From an uncultured Candidatus Micrarchaeota archaeon (lineage in GTDB: Archaea; Micrarchaeota; Micrarchaeia; Anstonellales; Bilamarchaeaceae): a stretch of DNA of 64,000 nucleotides. Position 1 is the first letter of the stretch; every line of letters starts with the position of its first letter. The notes beneath the pieces are model-generated. The model made no database searches and had not been told where the DNA came from. It was given only the letters and a program-made list of their open reading frames with translations. Positions 17,237 to 26,498 of this stretch are shown in pieces. The translations under genes were made by a program, and so were the position numbers. The stretch is from positions 80,543 through 144,542 of the forward strand of contig CAVRPK010000001.1 of NCBI GenBank assembly GCA_963723105.1, written 5' to 3'.

Positions 17237-18469
17237 ATGAAAAAGATATTATTGGGTTTTCTTGTGCTAGGACTTTTCCTAGCAATTGGATGTATAGCAC
17301 AAGAAGAAAAGGCACCAAAGGAACAAATAGAAGTCGAAGTAGCGAACCTAAGCATTGTGCCTCAGGATGGACTAATTACAGTTACTGGAAATGAGAATCT
17401 CTCAGTTGTTAACATAAAGGCAAAGCAAAGCGCAACCAAATGGCATTTCCCCCTTGAAGAACATGTTGATGAATTCATTGATGTAGGACTGCATAGCGAT
17501 ACTTTCCTTGTCTTGGACAATAGTCATATCAAAATGCTTGATGAGAACGAATCAATTTGGCTGATTCCGATGGTCCAGAGCGGAAATTCAGCAGTTCTCT
17601 TTGATGCAGTATATGCAAAAGAAGTTTCTTGTGAGGACAAAAAAACAAACATTCTTGGAAAAGAATATGATATATCTAAATTTGAAGATGGATCTGGCTT
17701 TGAATTTGATGACAAATGGAAAATTGGCCTTGAGAAGGAAAATGATTGCACAAAGAGAATTGTGATTTATCTTGACGGTTACTTCTATGATTTGAAAGAT
17801 AATGAGCAGCTCAACTTATTTAGAAATGACAATACAATCTTGTTTAAGTTCAGTAACCTTGAGGATGAGCCTCTAGTAGAAGTAATAGGAACAAAACCAA
17901 CAGAAGAATTATCTGAAAACATCATTGTAAAAGATGAGAAAGGAATTTACTTGGAGTTTAGCCACCCAATCCCAAAAACATGTTATGGCTGTCTTAATGA
18001 TGGTTTGCTTGTCGAAGATGGTAAGAGGATTAAAACTGAGATTAATGGGGTTGAATGGATTGTCACACAACTGGATAATAACACCCTAGAAATAGGATTG
18101 GAAGAACAATTCAAAACACTAATGGAATGGGACAATACAACAACAATCCAAACTAGGAATAAGAGTTGGTATGTAAAAACGCATGAATGCCATGGAGATT
18201 TTTGTGATCAGATTTTCACGAACCTAGATGATGAGCAGGAAACAAACAGATTGCATAGTGGTGAAACGGAATTCATTGATGGTAAGTACGTGCATGTATG
18301 GAGTTCGCTAACATGGGGCCCTTTTCCATACCAGTCTACAGTTTCAGTATTGTCAAAACGTACCTCAATTAATTCAAGTGAAACGGAGTTTGTCTGGGAA
18401 GGAGAAAGTATCTCATCGATCTTCATCCCACAATCAAGCCCCATGTTTGAAAAACTATCCGGTCAATAA
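17237..18469 (+). CDS. Lipobox lipoprotein, unknown function
   Basis: MKKILLGFLVLGLFLAIGC (lipobox AIGC). The ~390-aa mature part has no recognised motif. The track start at 17228 is GTG. Confidence 0.65.
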   Translation: MKKILLGFLVLGLFLAIGCIAQEEKAPKEQIEVEVANLSIVPQDGLITVTGNENLSVVNIKAKQSATKWHFPLEEHVDEFIDVGLHSDTFLVLDNSHIKMLDENESIWLIPMVQSGNSAVLFDAVYAKEVSCEDKKTNILGKEYDISKFEDGSGFEFDDKWKIGLEKENDCTKRIVIYLDGYFYDLKDNEQLNLFRNDNTILFKFSNLEDEPLVEVIGTKPTEELSENIIVKDEKGIYLEFSHPIPKTCYGCLNDGLLVEDGKRIKTEINGVEWIVTQLDNNTLEIGLEEQFKTLMEWDNTTTIQTRNKSWYVKTHECHGDFCDQIFTNLDDEQETNRLHSGETEFIDGKYVHVWSSLTWGPFPYQSTVSVLSKRTSINSSETEFVWEGESISSIFIPQSSPMFEKLSGQ

Positions 18470-18483
18470 TAAATGAGTTATCC

Positions 18484-19551
18484 ATGGGAATCCAAGAGAA
18501 AATCAAAGACATAGAAGCTGAAATGGCCAAAACTCAGGTTAACAAAGCAACCGAGTTTCATTTGGGAATTCTTAAGGCAAAGCTAGCGAAGCTGCGCCGT
18601 GAATTGACAACTCCCAGTGGAACAAGTGGTGGTGGTGGATTTGATATTCGAAAATCCGGGGATGCTACAGTTGTTTTAATCGGACTTCCCAGTGTGGGTA
18701 AAAGTACTCTTCTAAATAAATTAACAGATGCAAAATCAGAAATTGCAGCATATGCATTTACGACGTTAAAATGCATACCTGGAGTTATGAAATATAAGGA
18801 TGCAAAAATTCAGATTCTAGACCTTCCTGGAATTATAGAAGGTGCAAAAGACGGAAAAGGAAGGGGGCGTGAAATTATTGCAGTTGCGAGAAACGCAGAT
18901 CTGATTCTTATGATGGTCGAGGCGACCAATATACAGCAAATAAAGATACTCGAAAGCGAATTATACGGATTTGGGATTCGGCTAGATAAAAGCCCTCCGA
19001 GAGTTTCAATTGCAAAGAATGCAAAGGGGGGCCTTGAGATAAATTCAACTGTAAGGCTCACAAAAATAAGCCGCAATGAGATAAAAGCTGCAATGACCGA
19101 ATACAGAATTTTCAATGCAAATATCGTATTGCATGAGAACATAACTATCGATGAATTCATAGATGTCCTTGAAGGAAATAGAGCATATATGAAGAGCCTC
19201 ACAGTGTTGACAAAATGTGATTTGAGCAAAAAAGAACTTCCAAAAGGATTTGTAAACATCTCTGCAGGAGACAAAAAAAGCATTGATAGATTAAAGAAAA
19301 AATTATACACTACTCTGGATTTGATAAATATTTATACAAAGAGAAAGGGAGAGAAGGCAGACCTGGAAGAGGCAATGGTTGTACGAAACGGAATAACAGT
19401 TGGAGGAGTTTGCGAAAAGCTTCACAGAGATTTGAGAAAAAACTTCAGATTTGCACTTGTATGGGGCAAAAGTGTAAAGCATCCAGCTCAAAGAGTTGGG
19501 CTTAGCCATATTCTTGCTAATGGAGATATTGTACAAATTGTAAAGAGATGA
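18484..19551 (+). CDS. DRG-family (Obg-like) GTPase with C-terminal TGS domain
   Basis: G1 GLPSVGKSTLLN, G3 DLPGIIEGA, G4 TKCD and a TGS-like C-terminus ending GDIVQIVKR. Confidence 0.9.
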   Translation: MGIQEKIKDIEAEMAKTQVNKATEFHLGILKAKLAKLRRELTTPSGTSGGGGFDIRKSGDATVVLIGLPSVGKSTLLNKLTDAKSEIAAYAFTTLKCIPGVMKYKDAKIQILDLPGIIEGAKDGKGRGREIIAVARNADLILMMVEATNIQQIKILESELYGFGIRLDKSPPRVSIAKNAKGGLEINSTVRLTKISRNEIKAAMTEYRIFNANIVLHENITIDEFIDVLEGNRAYMKSLTVLTKCDLSKKELPKGFVNISAGDKKSIDRLKKKLYTTLDLINIYTKRKGEKADLEEAMVVRNGITVGGVCEKLHRDLRKNFRFALVWGKSVKHPAQRVGLSHILANGDIVQIVKR

Positions 19552-20370
19552 TTATTCTAAGTAAATAACACTAATTTCGGGTCTTGTGAAAAGTCGTACT
19601 CCTCCTGGAGTTACACCGCATGTTACATACAATTCAGTGTGTTCATCAACTGCTTCGCGACCCCTAGTAACATCTGCAAATCCATTCCATCTTAGGAAAA
19701 GATCAGTAAGAAAAGGAATCTGAACAAGTCCGCAATGAGTATGCCCTGAGAGGATAAGATTTCTCCCTTCAAGCTTCTGATTTTTCAATGAATATTGATT
19801 ATGAACAAGTATCACTTTCGGCATGTTTGGAGAGATGCTCGTAGAAGCATTTGCATAACTGCTTTGGCCTGCCCAAAGATCATCAACTCCAATTAGTGCA
19901 AATTCTTGACCATTTATTGTAAGTATTTCGTTCTCATTTCTAAGTACATTAATTCCCATTGATTCAAGATTAGATACAAGCTTAGGAGTACAATTGTTAC
20001 AATTAAATGATACATAATCATGATTGCCCAGAACAGCATATGTTCCATGTTTACTCTCAAGATCTCCAAGCAAACTAATCTTGTCCCAATCATCAGTAAT
20101 CTCAACAACATCACCAGCAATTAGGATAATATCAGGCTTTTGGGCATTGGCTGTAGTTATGCTACGTTGAAAATATTCTGGATGATTATAAGCATCTTGA
20201 GTATCGCCGATTAGTACTACCTTTATTACTCCAGAATCATCAAACAGATCAAAGGTATTTTCTGTAACTTCAAGGTTGAATGGCTCGAAGAAGAGTGCAT
20301 ATAAGACTAACAACATGATGAATAATGCACGAAGATAGCGTATGTGAGCAGAATCCCAAGAAAATTCCAT
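19552..20370 (-). CDS. Membrane-anchored calcineurin-like metallophosphoesterase
   Basis: Motifs GDTQD, AGDVVE, GNHD and SGHTH. I prefer the ATG at 20370 (MEFSW...) over 20433 because the latter overlaps the divergent gene and a TATA box lies between the two starts. Confidence 0.8.
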   Translation of the reverse strand: MEFSWDSAHIRYLRALFIMLLVLYALFFEPFNLEVTENTFDLFDDSGVIKVVLIGDTQDAYNHPEYFQRSITTANAQKPDIILIAGDVVEITDDWDKISLLGDLESKHGTYAVLGNHDYVSFNCNNCTPKLVSNLESMGINVLRNENEILTINGQEFALIGVDDLWAGQSSYANASTSISPNMPKVILVHNQYSLKNQKLEGRNLILSGHTHCGLVQIPFLTDLFLRWNGFADVTRGREAVDEHTELYVTCGVTPGGVRLFTRPEISVIYLE

Positions 20371-20393
20371 GATACTTCTGATTCGCAAAGGAA

Positions 20394-20404
20394 TTATAAA
20401 AATA
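20394..20404. promoter_or_regulatory. Single central TATA box (TTATAAAAATA) between divergent starts 20370 and 20422
   Basis: It is the only A/T box in the 51-nt spacer. Its centre is ~29 nt from the minus ATG and ~23 nt from the plus ATG. Confidence 0.5.
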
Positions 20405-20421
20405 GCTTCGAAAATGCTATC

Positions 20422-20682
20422 ATGGTAACTCAACAGGAAATTGATAAAGTAATTGAATGGTGCGAAAGCGTCAAAGCAGAAAGAAATCGGATTTATGTAA
20501 TTGAAAGAAATCCATGGAGAGATGAAATTGATTGGATGAGGAGATTTCCGTTAATTGAGATAGACAGACCAAAGGAGGTTGCATCAAAAAATAATCTTGT
20601 CTATGATTCAACAGTGAGGCAGCTTTGGCAGTTTATGAACATGGATTGGAGAAAGATAGAACCAGATATTAGAATAGGATAA
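20422..20682 (+). CDS. Small Trp-rich hypothetical protein
   Basis: 86 aa from the ATG at 20422 (MVTQQEIDKVIEW...). No motif recognised. Confidence 0.4.
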   Translation: MVTQQEIDKVIEWCESVKAERNRIYVIERNPWRDEIDWMRRFPLIEIDRPKEVASKNNLVYDSTVRQLWQFMNMDWRKIEPDIRIG

Positions 20683-20744
20683 CACACGAATAGCCCGAAG
20701 ACAAATTTCGTTAGATTAAAAAACGAAGTGTGAGAAAGAGTCCC

Positions 20745-23453
20745 ATGGAAGCCCAGAAATCAAAAACGCCTCAAAGATCAATGGCAACGCAGAAAGTTGC
20801 CACATACTTATCATTGGCACAAAAAAACGAAGGTCTCTGGGGTGCAGTTTTAGTGTTCCTCGGAGCATTTTTCCTTCTTGCAACAGTTCCTTTTTATCCA
20901 GTATATATAGTTCCAATTCTTGCTGCAATTTGCGGTGCAATTGCATACAAGCTGCCACCTGCCGGATTGATCTTAGGAGCTGTTCTTGGATTTTTTGCAA
21001 TAATCTTCCAATCCGCTGTTTTGGGCTGGCTCTATATCCTTATACTTGTAATTGTTCTTTTTGAAGCGTTTGACAACTGGAAAGTAATATGTGTTTTAGA
21101 AATACTTGTGCTGGCACCATTTGCATTCAGTGGTTTCCCATTGATCGGATGGGTTACTATTGTTGGAATGGCTATGGGAGCCCTCTATTTCGGATCGCAT
21201 AAAAGCGTAATGATATCAGTTCCATCGGCATTCATGATCCTCTTATTATCGTCTCTTTGGCTTACTCAAAACACAGCATACATGCCTGTTAATATGAGTC
21301 TGTATGAACCTGGAAAGGCCGAGCTTCTATTGACAAAAGGAGCAGTTGGAGTTGGAGGAATTGTATCTGGGATTATAGGAGCTCTGGGAGATTTTCTGAG
21401 CTTGGATAACTTTGGAAGAATCTGGGAATCTCTTGGCTGGCTTGTTGGAAACATAATGATACTCGCATTCAGTGATTCCATGATACTGCAGCTGATTGGC
21501 TGGGCAGTTGCTCTATACATGCTCGGGTTGCTTCCAAGTAAAATCAAAAAAAGAGGGCAACTAATAGCATCATTCTCTCTGCTTATTGCAGTAGTTGTCC
21601 ACTTCATTGTTTTCGGGGCATATGGAACAGCATTTAGACTAGAATTTATTGGCGGAATTATTTTTGCAATAGCAGTTTTAGGTGGACTTGAACATTTTGG
21701 AATCAGCATAAGCAGAGAATCTCAAATCCAAAGAAAAGAGAAAATGAAAGCATATGGAAAATTTGGAATGAGTGATATGTCTCTTGGTGGATCAGAAAAA
21801 TCAATGGCTGATGTTGGTGGATATGAAGATGTTAAACAAGAGCTGAGAGATGCCATTATGTTGCCTCTTGAAAAGAAAGAAATTGCTTATACTTATGGGA
21901 TAAAACCTCCAGCAGGAATTCTTTTGTTCGGCCCACCTGGTACTGGTAAAACAATGCTTATGCGCGCTCTTGCAAAAGAACTAAAATATAATTTCATAGA
22001 AGTAAAATGTTCACAAATATTATCGCAATGGTATGGAGAAAGTGAGAAAAACATTGCCGAAGTTTTTGATAATGCACGCAAAAATGCACCAACAGTTCTG
22101 TTCTTTGATGAGATTGATGGAGTTGCCAAAAAAAGAAGTTCTGAAAGCCTTGATGAAGTTGGACCAAGAGTACTGAGCGAGCTTCTGCAGCAAATTGATG
22201 GTGCAAATAAAGCAAAGGGGACCGTAATGGTAGTTGGAGCAACCAACCTGCCAAATCAGCTTGATCCGGCATTACTTCGTCCTGGAAGACTTGATAAGAT
22301 CATATATATGCACCTTCCAGACCCAGATGCTAGAAGAGCAATTGCAAAAGTCCATCTTGGAAACCTCCCTGTTACTGAAGATATTGACATGGATGTAATA
22401 ATTAAGAAAACAGAAAGATTCTCAGGAGCAGACATGAAAAACATAGTAACAGAAGCAACGAGATTAGCTGCAAAAGAAGCAAGTGTCAAGGGAGTTATTA
22501 TTCCGCTCAATATGCAGCACTTCCTTCGAGTAGTTGCAAGTGTTAAGCCAAGTACTAGTCTTGCACAGCTTGACCTTTATGAACAGTTCAAAATGGACTA
22601 CGAAAGAAGAACAGGTGGAGTTGAGGACGAAAAAGAAGATAGCGATAAAGAAAGAATAGTTAAATGGAGCGATGTTGCTGGGCTTGATCAGGTTAAACGA
22701 GCTCTTCTTGAAGCAATACAGCTGCCTCTTCTGCATGAATCAGAGATGAAAGAGTTCAATGTAAAGCCAAGCAAAGGTATTCTTTTGTTCGGCCCTCCTG
22801 GTACTGGTAAAACTCTTATAGTAAGGGCTGCTGCATCAGAGCTCAAAGCATCATTCCAATCACTCAGCGGTGCTGAGATTATGAAAAAAGGATATACAAA
22901 AGCACTTGGAATAATTAGAGAAACATTCAATAGAGCCCGTGAAAATAGCCCAGCTATCATATTTGTTGATGAAATGGAAACATTCGCACCTGCAAGAGGT
23001 ATGGGTGGATCTTCTGAAATCATTGGGCAGTTCCTGACCGAGATGGATGGCATCAAAGGAAAAGGAGGGGTTGTAGTTATTGCTGCAACAAATAAGCCCA
23101 AACTTATGGATGCTGCAATTATGAGACCAGGGAGATTTGACAAGATATTCTATGTTCCTCCACCAGACCCTTCTGGAAGAGAAGCAATATTCAAAATTCA
23201 TCTTAGCAAGTTTGCAGGAAATGTAGATACGGCCATGTTAGCTAAAATAACTCCTGGCTTTAGTGGTGCTGATATTGCATCCATATGCCAATCTGCTAAA
23301 ATGGAAGCTTTAAGGGCCAAACTTGCCGGAAAACCAAGGGCTGTGAGTAATGAGATGATGATGCAGATCATTTCGCAAAGAAGACCTTCTATTACACAGC
23401 AGCTTCTTGATGAATATGCAAAGTTCATGGAAGCTTATGGTGAGAGAAGATAA
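20745..23453 (+). CDS. Membrane-embedded CDC48/VCP-type double AAA+ ATPase
   Basis: An N-terminal ~330 aa holds about 9-10 hydrophobic segments. Two AAA modules follow (GPPGTGKTMLMRALA / VLFFDEID and GPPGTGKTLIVRAAA / IIFVDEME), each with an SRH-like region. ATTAAAAAA lies ~26 nt upstream of the ATG at 20745. Confidence 0.85.
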   Translation: MEAQKSKTPQRSMATQKVATYLSLAQKNEGLWGAVLVFLGAFFLLATVPFYPVYIVPILAAICGAIAYKLPPAGLILGAVLGFFAIIFQSAVLGWLYILILVIVLFEAFDNWKVICVLEILVLAPFAFSGFPLIGWVTIVGMAMGALYFGSHKSVMISVPSAFMILLLSSLWLTQNTAYMPVNMSLYEPGKAELLLTKGAVGVGGIVSGIIGALGDFLSLDNFGRIWESLGWLVGNIMILAFSDSMILQLIGWAVALYMLGLLPSKIKKRGQLIASFSLLIAVVVHFIVFGAYGTAFRLEFIGGIIFAIAVLGGLEHFGISISRESQIQRKEKMKAYGKFGMSDMSLGGSEKSMADVGGYEDVKQELRDAIMLPLEKKEIAYTYGIKPPAGILLFGPPGTGKTMLMRALAKELKYNFIEVKCSQILSQWYGESEKNIAEVFDNARKNAPTVLFFDEIDGVAKKRSSESLDEVGPRVLSELLQQIDGANKAKGTVMVVGATNLPNQLDPALLRPGRLDKIIYMHLPDPDARRAIAKVHLGNLPVTEDIDMDVIIKKTERFSGADMKNIVTEATRLAAKEASVKGVIIPLNMQHFLRVVASVKPSTSLAQLDLYEQFKMDYERRTGGVEDEKEDSDKERIVKWSDVAGLDQVKRALLEAIQLPLLHESEMKEFNVKPSKGILLFGPPGTGKTLIVRAAASELKASFQSLSGAEIMKKGYTKALGIIRETFNRARENSPAIIFVDEMETFAPARGMGGSSEIIGQFLTEMDGIKGKGGVVVIAATNKPKLMDAAIMRPGRFDKIFYVPPPDPSGREAIFKIHLSKFAGNVDTAMLAKITPGFSGADIASICQSAKMEALRAKLAGKPRAVSNEMMMQIISQRRPSITQQLLDEYAKFMEAYGERR

Positions 23454-23469
23454 TTTTTTTCTATTTTTG
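23454..23469 (+). terminator. Oligo-T terminator after the AAA gene
   Basis: T7 directly follows the TAA, then CTATTTTT. Confidence 0.5.
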
Positions 23470-23601
23470 TTACACAAATTTATAAATCAGAAAAGTTCCA
23501 TAATTGTTAGCATAAATGTACTGAGGTGTAAAAATATGACCGGGTGGTATGAAATCCAGTAACAGAAAGCAGGCCGTGATGCGTTCGGAGGAGGTGTTGT
23601 T

Positions 23602-23835
23602 ATGACAACCCGAAGCGCAGAGAGAAAAAGCACTAAAAAATCCGTTGAGCAACCAGCTCCTCCAATGAGAATGAATTATTTTGGAGCAAAGGCTCCAATG
23701 CTTGAGGTGCCAGCTCCATCAGATAAAAAGAAAGCAACTGAAAATAGTGTTGGACCAGATAATGGAAAGAAAAAAAGCTCATCGAATTTTGTTTCAGTGA
23801 GTGATGAACATCTTGAGACAAGAGCTGCTTGGTAA
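23602..23835 (+). CDS. Small disordered K/P/S-rich protein
   Basis: 77 aa with the strongest Shine-Dalgarno in the window (GGAGGAGGTG, 6 nt before the ATG). A TATA box TTTATAAA lies at 23479-23486. The stop codon is 2 nt from the stop of convergent hydG. Confidence 0.45.
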   Translation: MTTRSAERKSTKKSVEQPAPPMRMNYFGAKAPMLEVPAPSDKKKATENSVGPDNGKKKSSSNFVSVSDEHLETRAAW

Positions 23836-23837
23836 GC

Positions 23838-25184
23838 TTAAAAGAATAGATCACGTTCGCCGTTTTCAATTCTTTTTAATCTGTTTTTTGTTTCTTCTTT
23901 TCTTTCTTGATCTTGAATTTTTTCTAATTCTTTAGAAATTGTATCCTCTCCAATTTTTTTCAGCTCGAGCGAGGCATAATCAACCAAAAATTCTTTGAAT
24001 GTTAAAATTGCATTGGGGTGGCAAAGGAAATGAATATTTCCTGTTTTTGCAAGTTTCATAAAGGCTTCGCCAGTTCTTTGGCTCCTGTAGCAGGCAGTGC
24101 AGAAACTTGGAAGTTTTCCTTGCGCGCACATAGATTTAACAACCTGATCAACCGGACGATGATCAGATAGTTCAAACTGACTATCCTGACAAGTTGAATA
24201 CCCACCAGGAGAAGTCTTTGATGCAGCAGATGTTTGTGAAATGCCAATTTCAAATGCCTTTTGACGAATCTCTGGAGATTCTCTAGTTGAAATTATCATC
24301 CCAGTATATGGAACAGACAAACGGATTACTGCAATCAATTTCAGAAAGTCTGAATCAGAAACTGGATATTCTGGGGTGTAATCAACTGTAGAAGCTTTTT
24401 GAAAACGCGGAACAGAGATTGTGTGAGGCCCTACCCCGAATGTTTCTTCCATGTATTTTGCATGAGAGAGAAGTGATAGAACTTCAAATTTGTAATCATA
24501 TAATCCAAACAGAACGCCAATGCCATAGTCATCGATACCAGCTTCAAAAGCTCGTGCGTGGGCAGTTATCTGACGATCATAATCTGCTTTTGGACCTTTG
24601 TGCAGTTTTTCATAGGTCTTCCTATGATAAGTTTCCTGGAATAACTGATATGTGCCAATTCCAATTTCCTTGAGTTTTTTGTAATCACTAACAGAGGTTG
24701 CTGCAATATTGACATTGACTCTTCGAATCTCGCCATTATTCACTTTTGCATCATAGATAGTGCGAATAGCATCACAAACATAATCAATTGAAATTTCTGG
24801 ATGTTCTCCTGCTTCAAGAAGAATTCTCTTGTGACCCATTTTGATAATTAATTCTGTTTGGGCTCGAATTTCATCTTTATCAAGTTTGTTTCGGGCAAGG
24901 GATTTGTTTCTGCAGTGAAACCCACAATACTCGCAATCATTTATGCAAAAATCAGAGATGTACAAAGGAGCAAAGAGAACAAGACGATTCCCATATATCT
25001 CAGATTTAATTTTGTTTGCGGATTTGTTGAGCCGCTCGAGAGACTCTTGATCATTTAGTTTTAGAAGAAATGCAGACTCTTCAAGAGAAAGACCTTGTTT
25101 TTTTTCTGCTTTTGAGAGAACCTGATCCAGGCTAAAAGAAGGATCCTCATTTATGAGATTATTGATTAGTTTTTCATCTATCAT
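23838..25184 (-). CDS. hydG: Radical-SAM [FeFe]-hydrogenase maturase HydG-like (tyrosine lyase family)
   Basis: IYGNRLVLFAPLYISDFCINDCEYCGF (CX3CX2C) and a C-terminal SFCTACYRSQRTGEAFMKLAKTGNIHFLCHPNA, which I counted as CX2CX22C, the HydG-specific motif absent in ThiH. The ATG at 25184 overlaps the hydE 3' end by 11 nt. Confidence 0.85.
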   Translation of the reverse strand: MIDEKLINNLINEDPSFSLDQVLSKAEKKQGLSLEESAFLLKLNDQESLERLNKSANKIKSEIYGNRLVLFAPLYISDFCINDCEYCGFHCRNKSLARNKLDKDEIRAQTELIIKMGHKRILLEAGEHPEISIDYVCDAIRTIYDAKVNNGEIRRVNVNIAATSVSDYKKLKEIGIGTYQLFQETYHRKTYEKLHKGPKADYDRQITAHARAFEAGIDDYGIGVLFGLYDYKFEVLSLLSHAKYMEETFGVGPHTISVPRFQKASTVDYTPEYPVSDSDFLKLIAVIRLSVPYTGMIISTRESPEIRQKAFEIGISQTSAASKTSPGGYSTCQDSQFELSDHRPVDQVVKSMCAQGKLPSFCTACYRSQRTGEAFMKLAKTGNIHFLCHPNAILTFKEFLVDYASLELKKIGEDTISKELEKIQDQERKEETKNRLKRIENGERDLFF

Positions 25185-26460
25185 TATGTACACCAAGATC
25201 GGTCGGAGCTCTTCCAAGAGAATATAATAGTTCAATAGTATTTTTGATGGTTTCTGGCACTGGAGTTTCGGTTGATTTCCCAGGATATAGATCATAGGAG
25301 GTACTGCAATCTTTTGGAGTTGTGTTTATCATAAGAGAATTGCCACCTGCCATAAGCCCTTTCTTTTTTGCATCTGGACTCAAAGTCTCAAGTGCAGATG
25401 TAACTAAAATCTTTGATTCTGGATCAACTAATCGTGTGAGTGCAATTGCTTTTAGCGCATCATCCAAAGATTGGGGTTGTATTGAAGAGAGAGGGGTTTC
25501 TGGATGTGGAATCAAAGGCCCAAAAGAATACATGTCAGGCTTGAGGGATTTTGTTAGAAGAATATCGTTTATCAGATCATCTTTGCTCTGGCCAGGAAGG
25601 CCAATCAAAAATCCAGTTGCAACAATAAAACCAATTTCAATAAGATCCCGAATAAGATTGATCCTATCGATTCTTTTTCTTCCAGGCCTCATCTTTTCAT
25701 AAAGCAGGTCGTTTGAAGTTTCAAATCGTAGCAAAGCGCCATATGCTCCAGCATCAAAAAGCTTTTTGTAGCAATCTTTTGAACGCTCTCCGATGCTCAT
25801 AAAAAGAAGAATACCGTGCTTTTCTCGGATCTTTTTAACAAGAGCAATAAGCATTTCATCAGAATAAAATGGATCTTCGCCAGATTGAAGAACTAATGCC
25901 TTAAACCCTAATGAAACTGAATGATCTACAGCTTCAAGAATCTGAGTTTCATCCATTCGATAACGTTTGATATTTGCATTGCCAGATCTGATTCCACAGT
26001 AGAGGCAATTATTCTGGCAGTAGTTTGAAAATTCCAGGATGCCATGAACACAACATGCATTATCCAGTTTGTTTTTTCGAATTCTATTTGCTCCTTGAAA
26101 CAATAACTCAAGGTCTTTTCCTTCTACTGATAAAATTGCAAGCATTTCATTGCGAGATAGAGTTTCGTCTTTTTCAGCCCTCTCGATAATTGGAGAAATC
26201 GGACTTTCAAATTTAGATTGCTGGATGAGTAAGGCATCTCTTTTTTTAAGTTCAAAAAATTGTTTTTCCCACATTTTGAGAATCGGAATGGCGTCTTCTT
26301 CTGATAATTTGGAGACAACTATCCCGCCTTGGGCATAAACATAATCACCAACTTCATATGAACCTGTGACAAAAATTGCTTTTCGCGCTTCCCCAAAGTA
26401 ATCCATAGTAACGGTCTTTGAATCAATAGAAATCACTTTGCCCGGAATTGCATAGCACAT
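25174..26460 (-). CDS. hydE: Fusion protein: N-terminal HypC/HupF-like domain + radical-SAM maturase HydE
   Basis: The N-terminus MCYAIPGKVISID...VGDYVYAQGGIVVSKLSEEDA matches the HypC signature (Met-Cys start, PG, GD-V-hydrophobic). The rest matches HydE: ILEFSNYCQNNCLYCGIRSGNANIKRYRM, VLQSGEDP, GLPGQS, GPLIPHPETPL and LYPGK. Confidence 0.85.
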   Translation of the reverse strand: MCYAIPGKVISIDSKTVTMDYFGEARKAIFVTGSYEVGDYVYAQGGIVVSKLSEEDAIPILKMWEKQFFELKKRDALLIQQSKFESPISPIIERAEKDETLSRNEMLAILSVEGKDLELLFQGANRIRKNKLDNACCVHGILEFSNYCQNNCLYCGIRSGNANIKRYRMDETQILEAVDHSVSLGFKALVLQSGEDPFYSDEMLIALVKKIREKHGILLFMSIGERSKDCYKKLFDAGAYGALLRFETSNDLLYEKMRPGRKRIDRINLIRDLIEIGFIVATGFLIGLPGQSKDDLINDILLTKSLKPDMYSFGPLIPHPETPLSSIQPQSLDDALKAIALTRLVDPESKILVTSALETLSPDAKKKGLMAGGNSLMINTTPKDCSTSYDLYPGKSTETPVPETIKNTIELLYSLGRAPTDLGVHNDR

Positions 26461-26498
26461 GAGAAAACATTGCAACTGAGAGATTAAAAGAGTCTTGG

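Noticed and set aside
18484-19551. Considered whether this GTPase could be the missing HydF maturase for the HydE/HydG pair.
   Set aside because: The sequence has the DRG/Obg-like layout (N-terminal helical region, G1-G4, C-terminal TGS ending GDIVQIVKR). It lacks HydF's C-terminal CxHx(n)HCxxC FeS motif, and it lies 5 kb away on the other strand.
23530-23600. GC-richer patch with GTTCGG, checked as a possible tRNA or small structured RNA gene.
   Set aside because: I could not fold an acceptor stem or cloverleaf, and there is no T-loop GTTCRANYC consensus. The patch is better explained as the leader of the ORF at 23602.
23470-23652. 60-aa minus-strand ORF spanning the 23454-23601 intergenic region.
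   Set aside because: It overlaps the terminator, the TATA box, and the Shine-Dalgarno and start of the plus-strand gene. It has a hydrophobic or odd composition and no start context.
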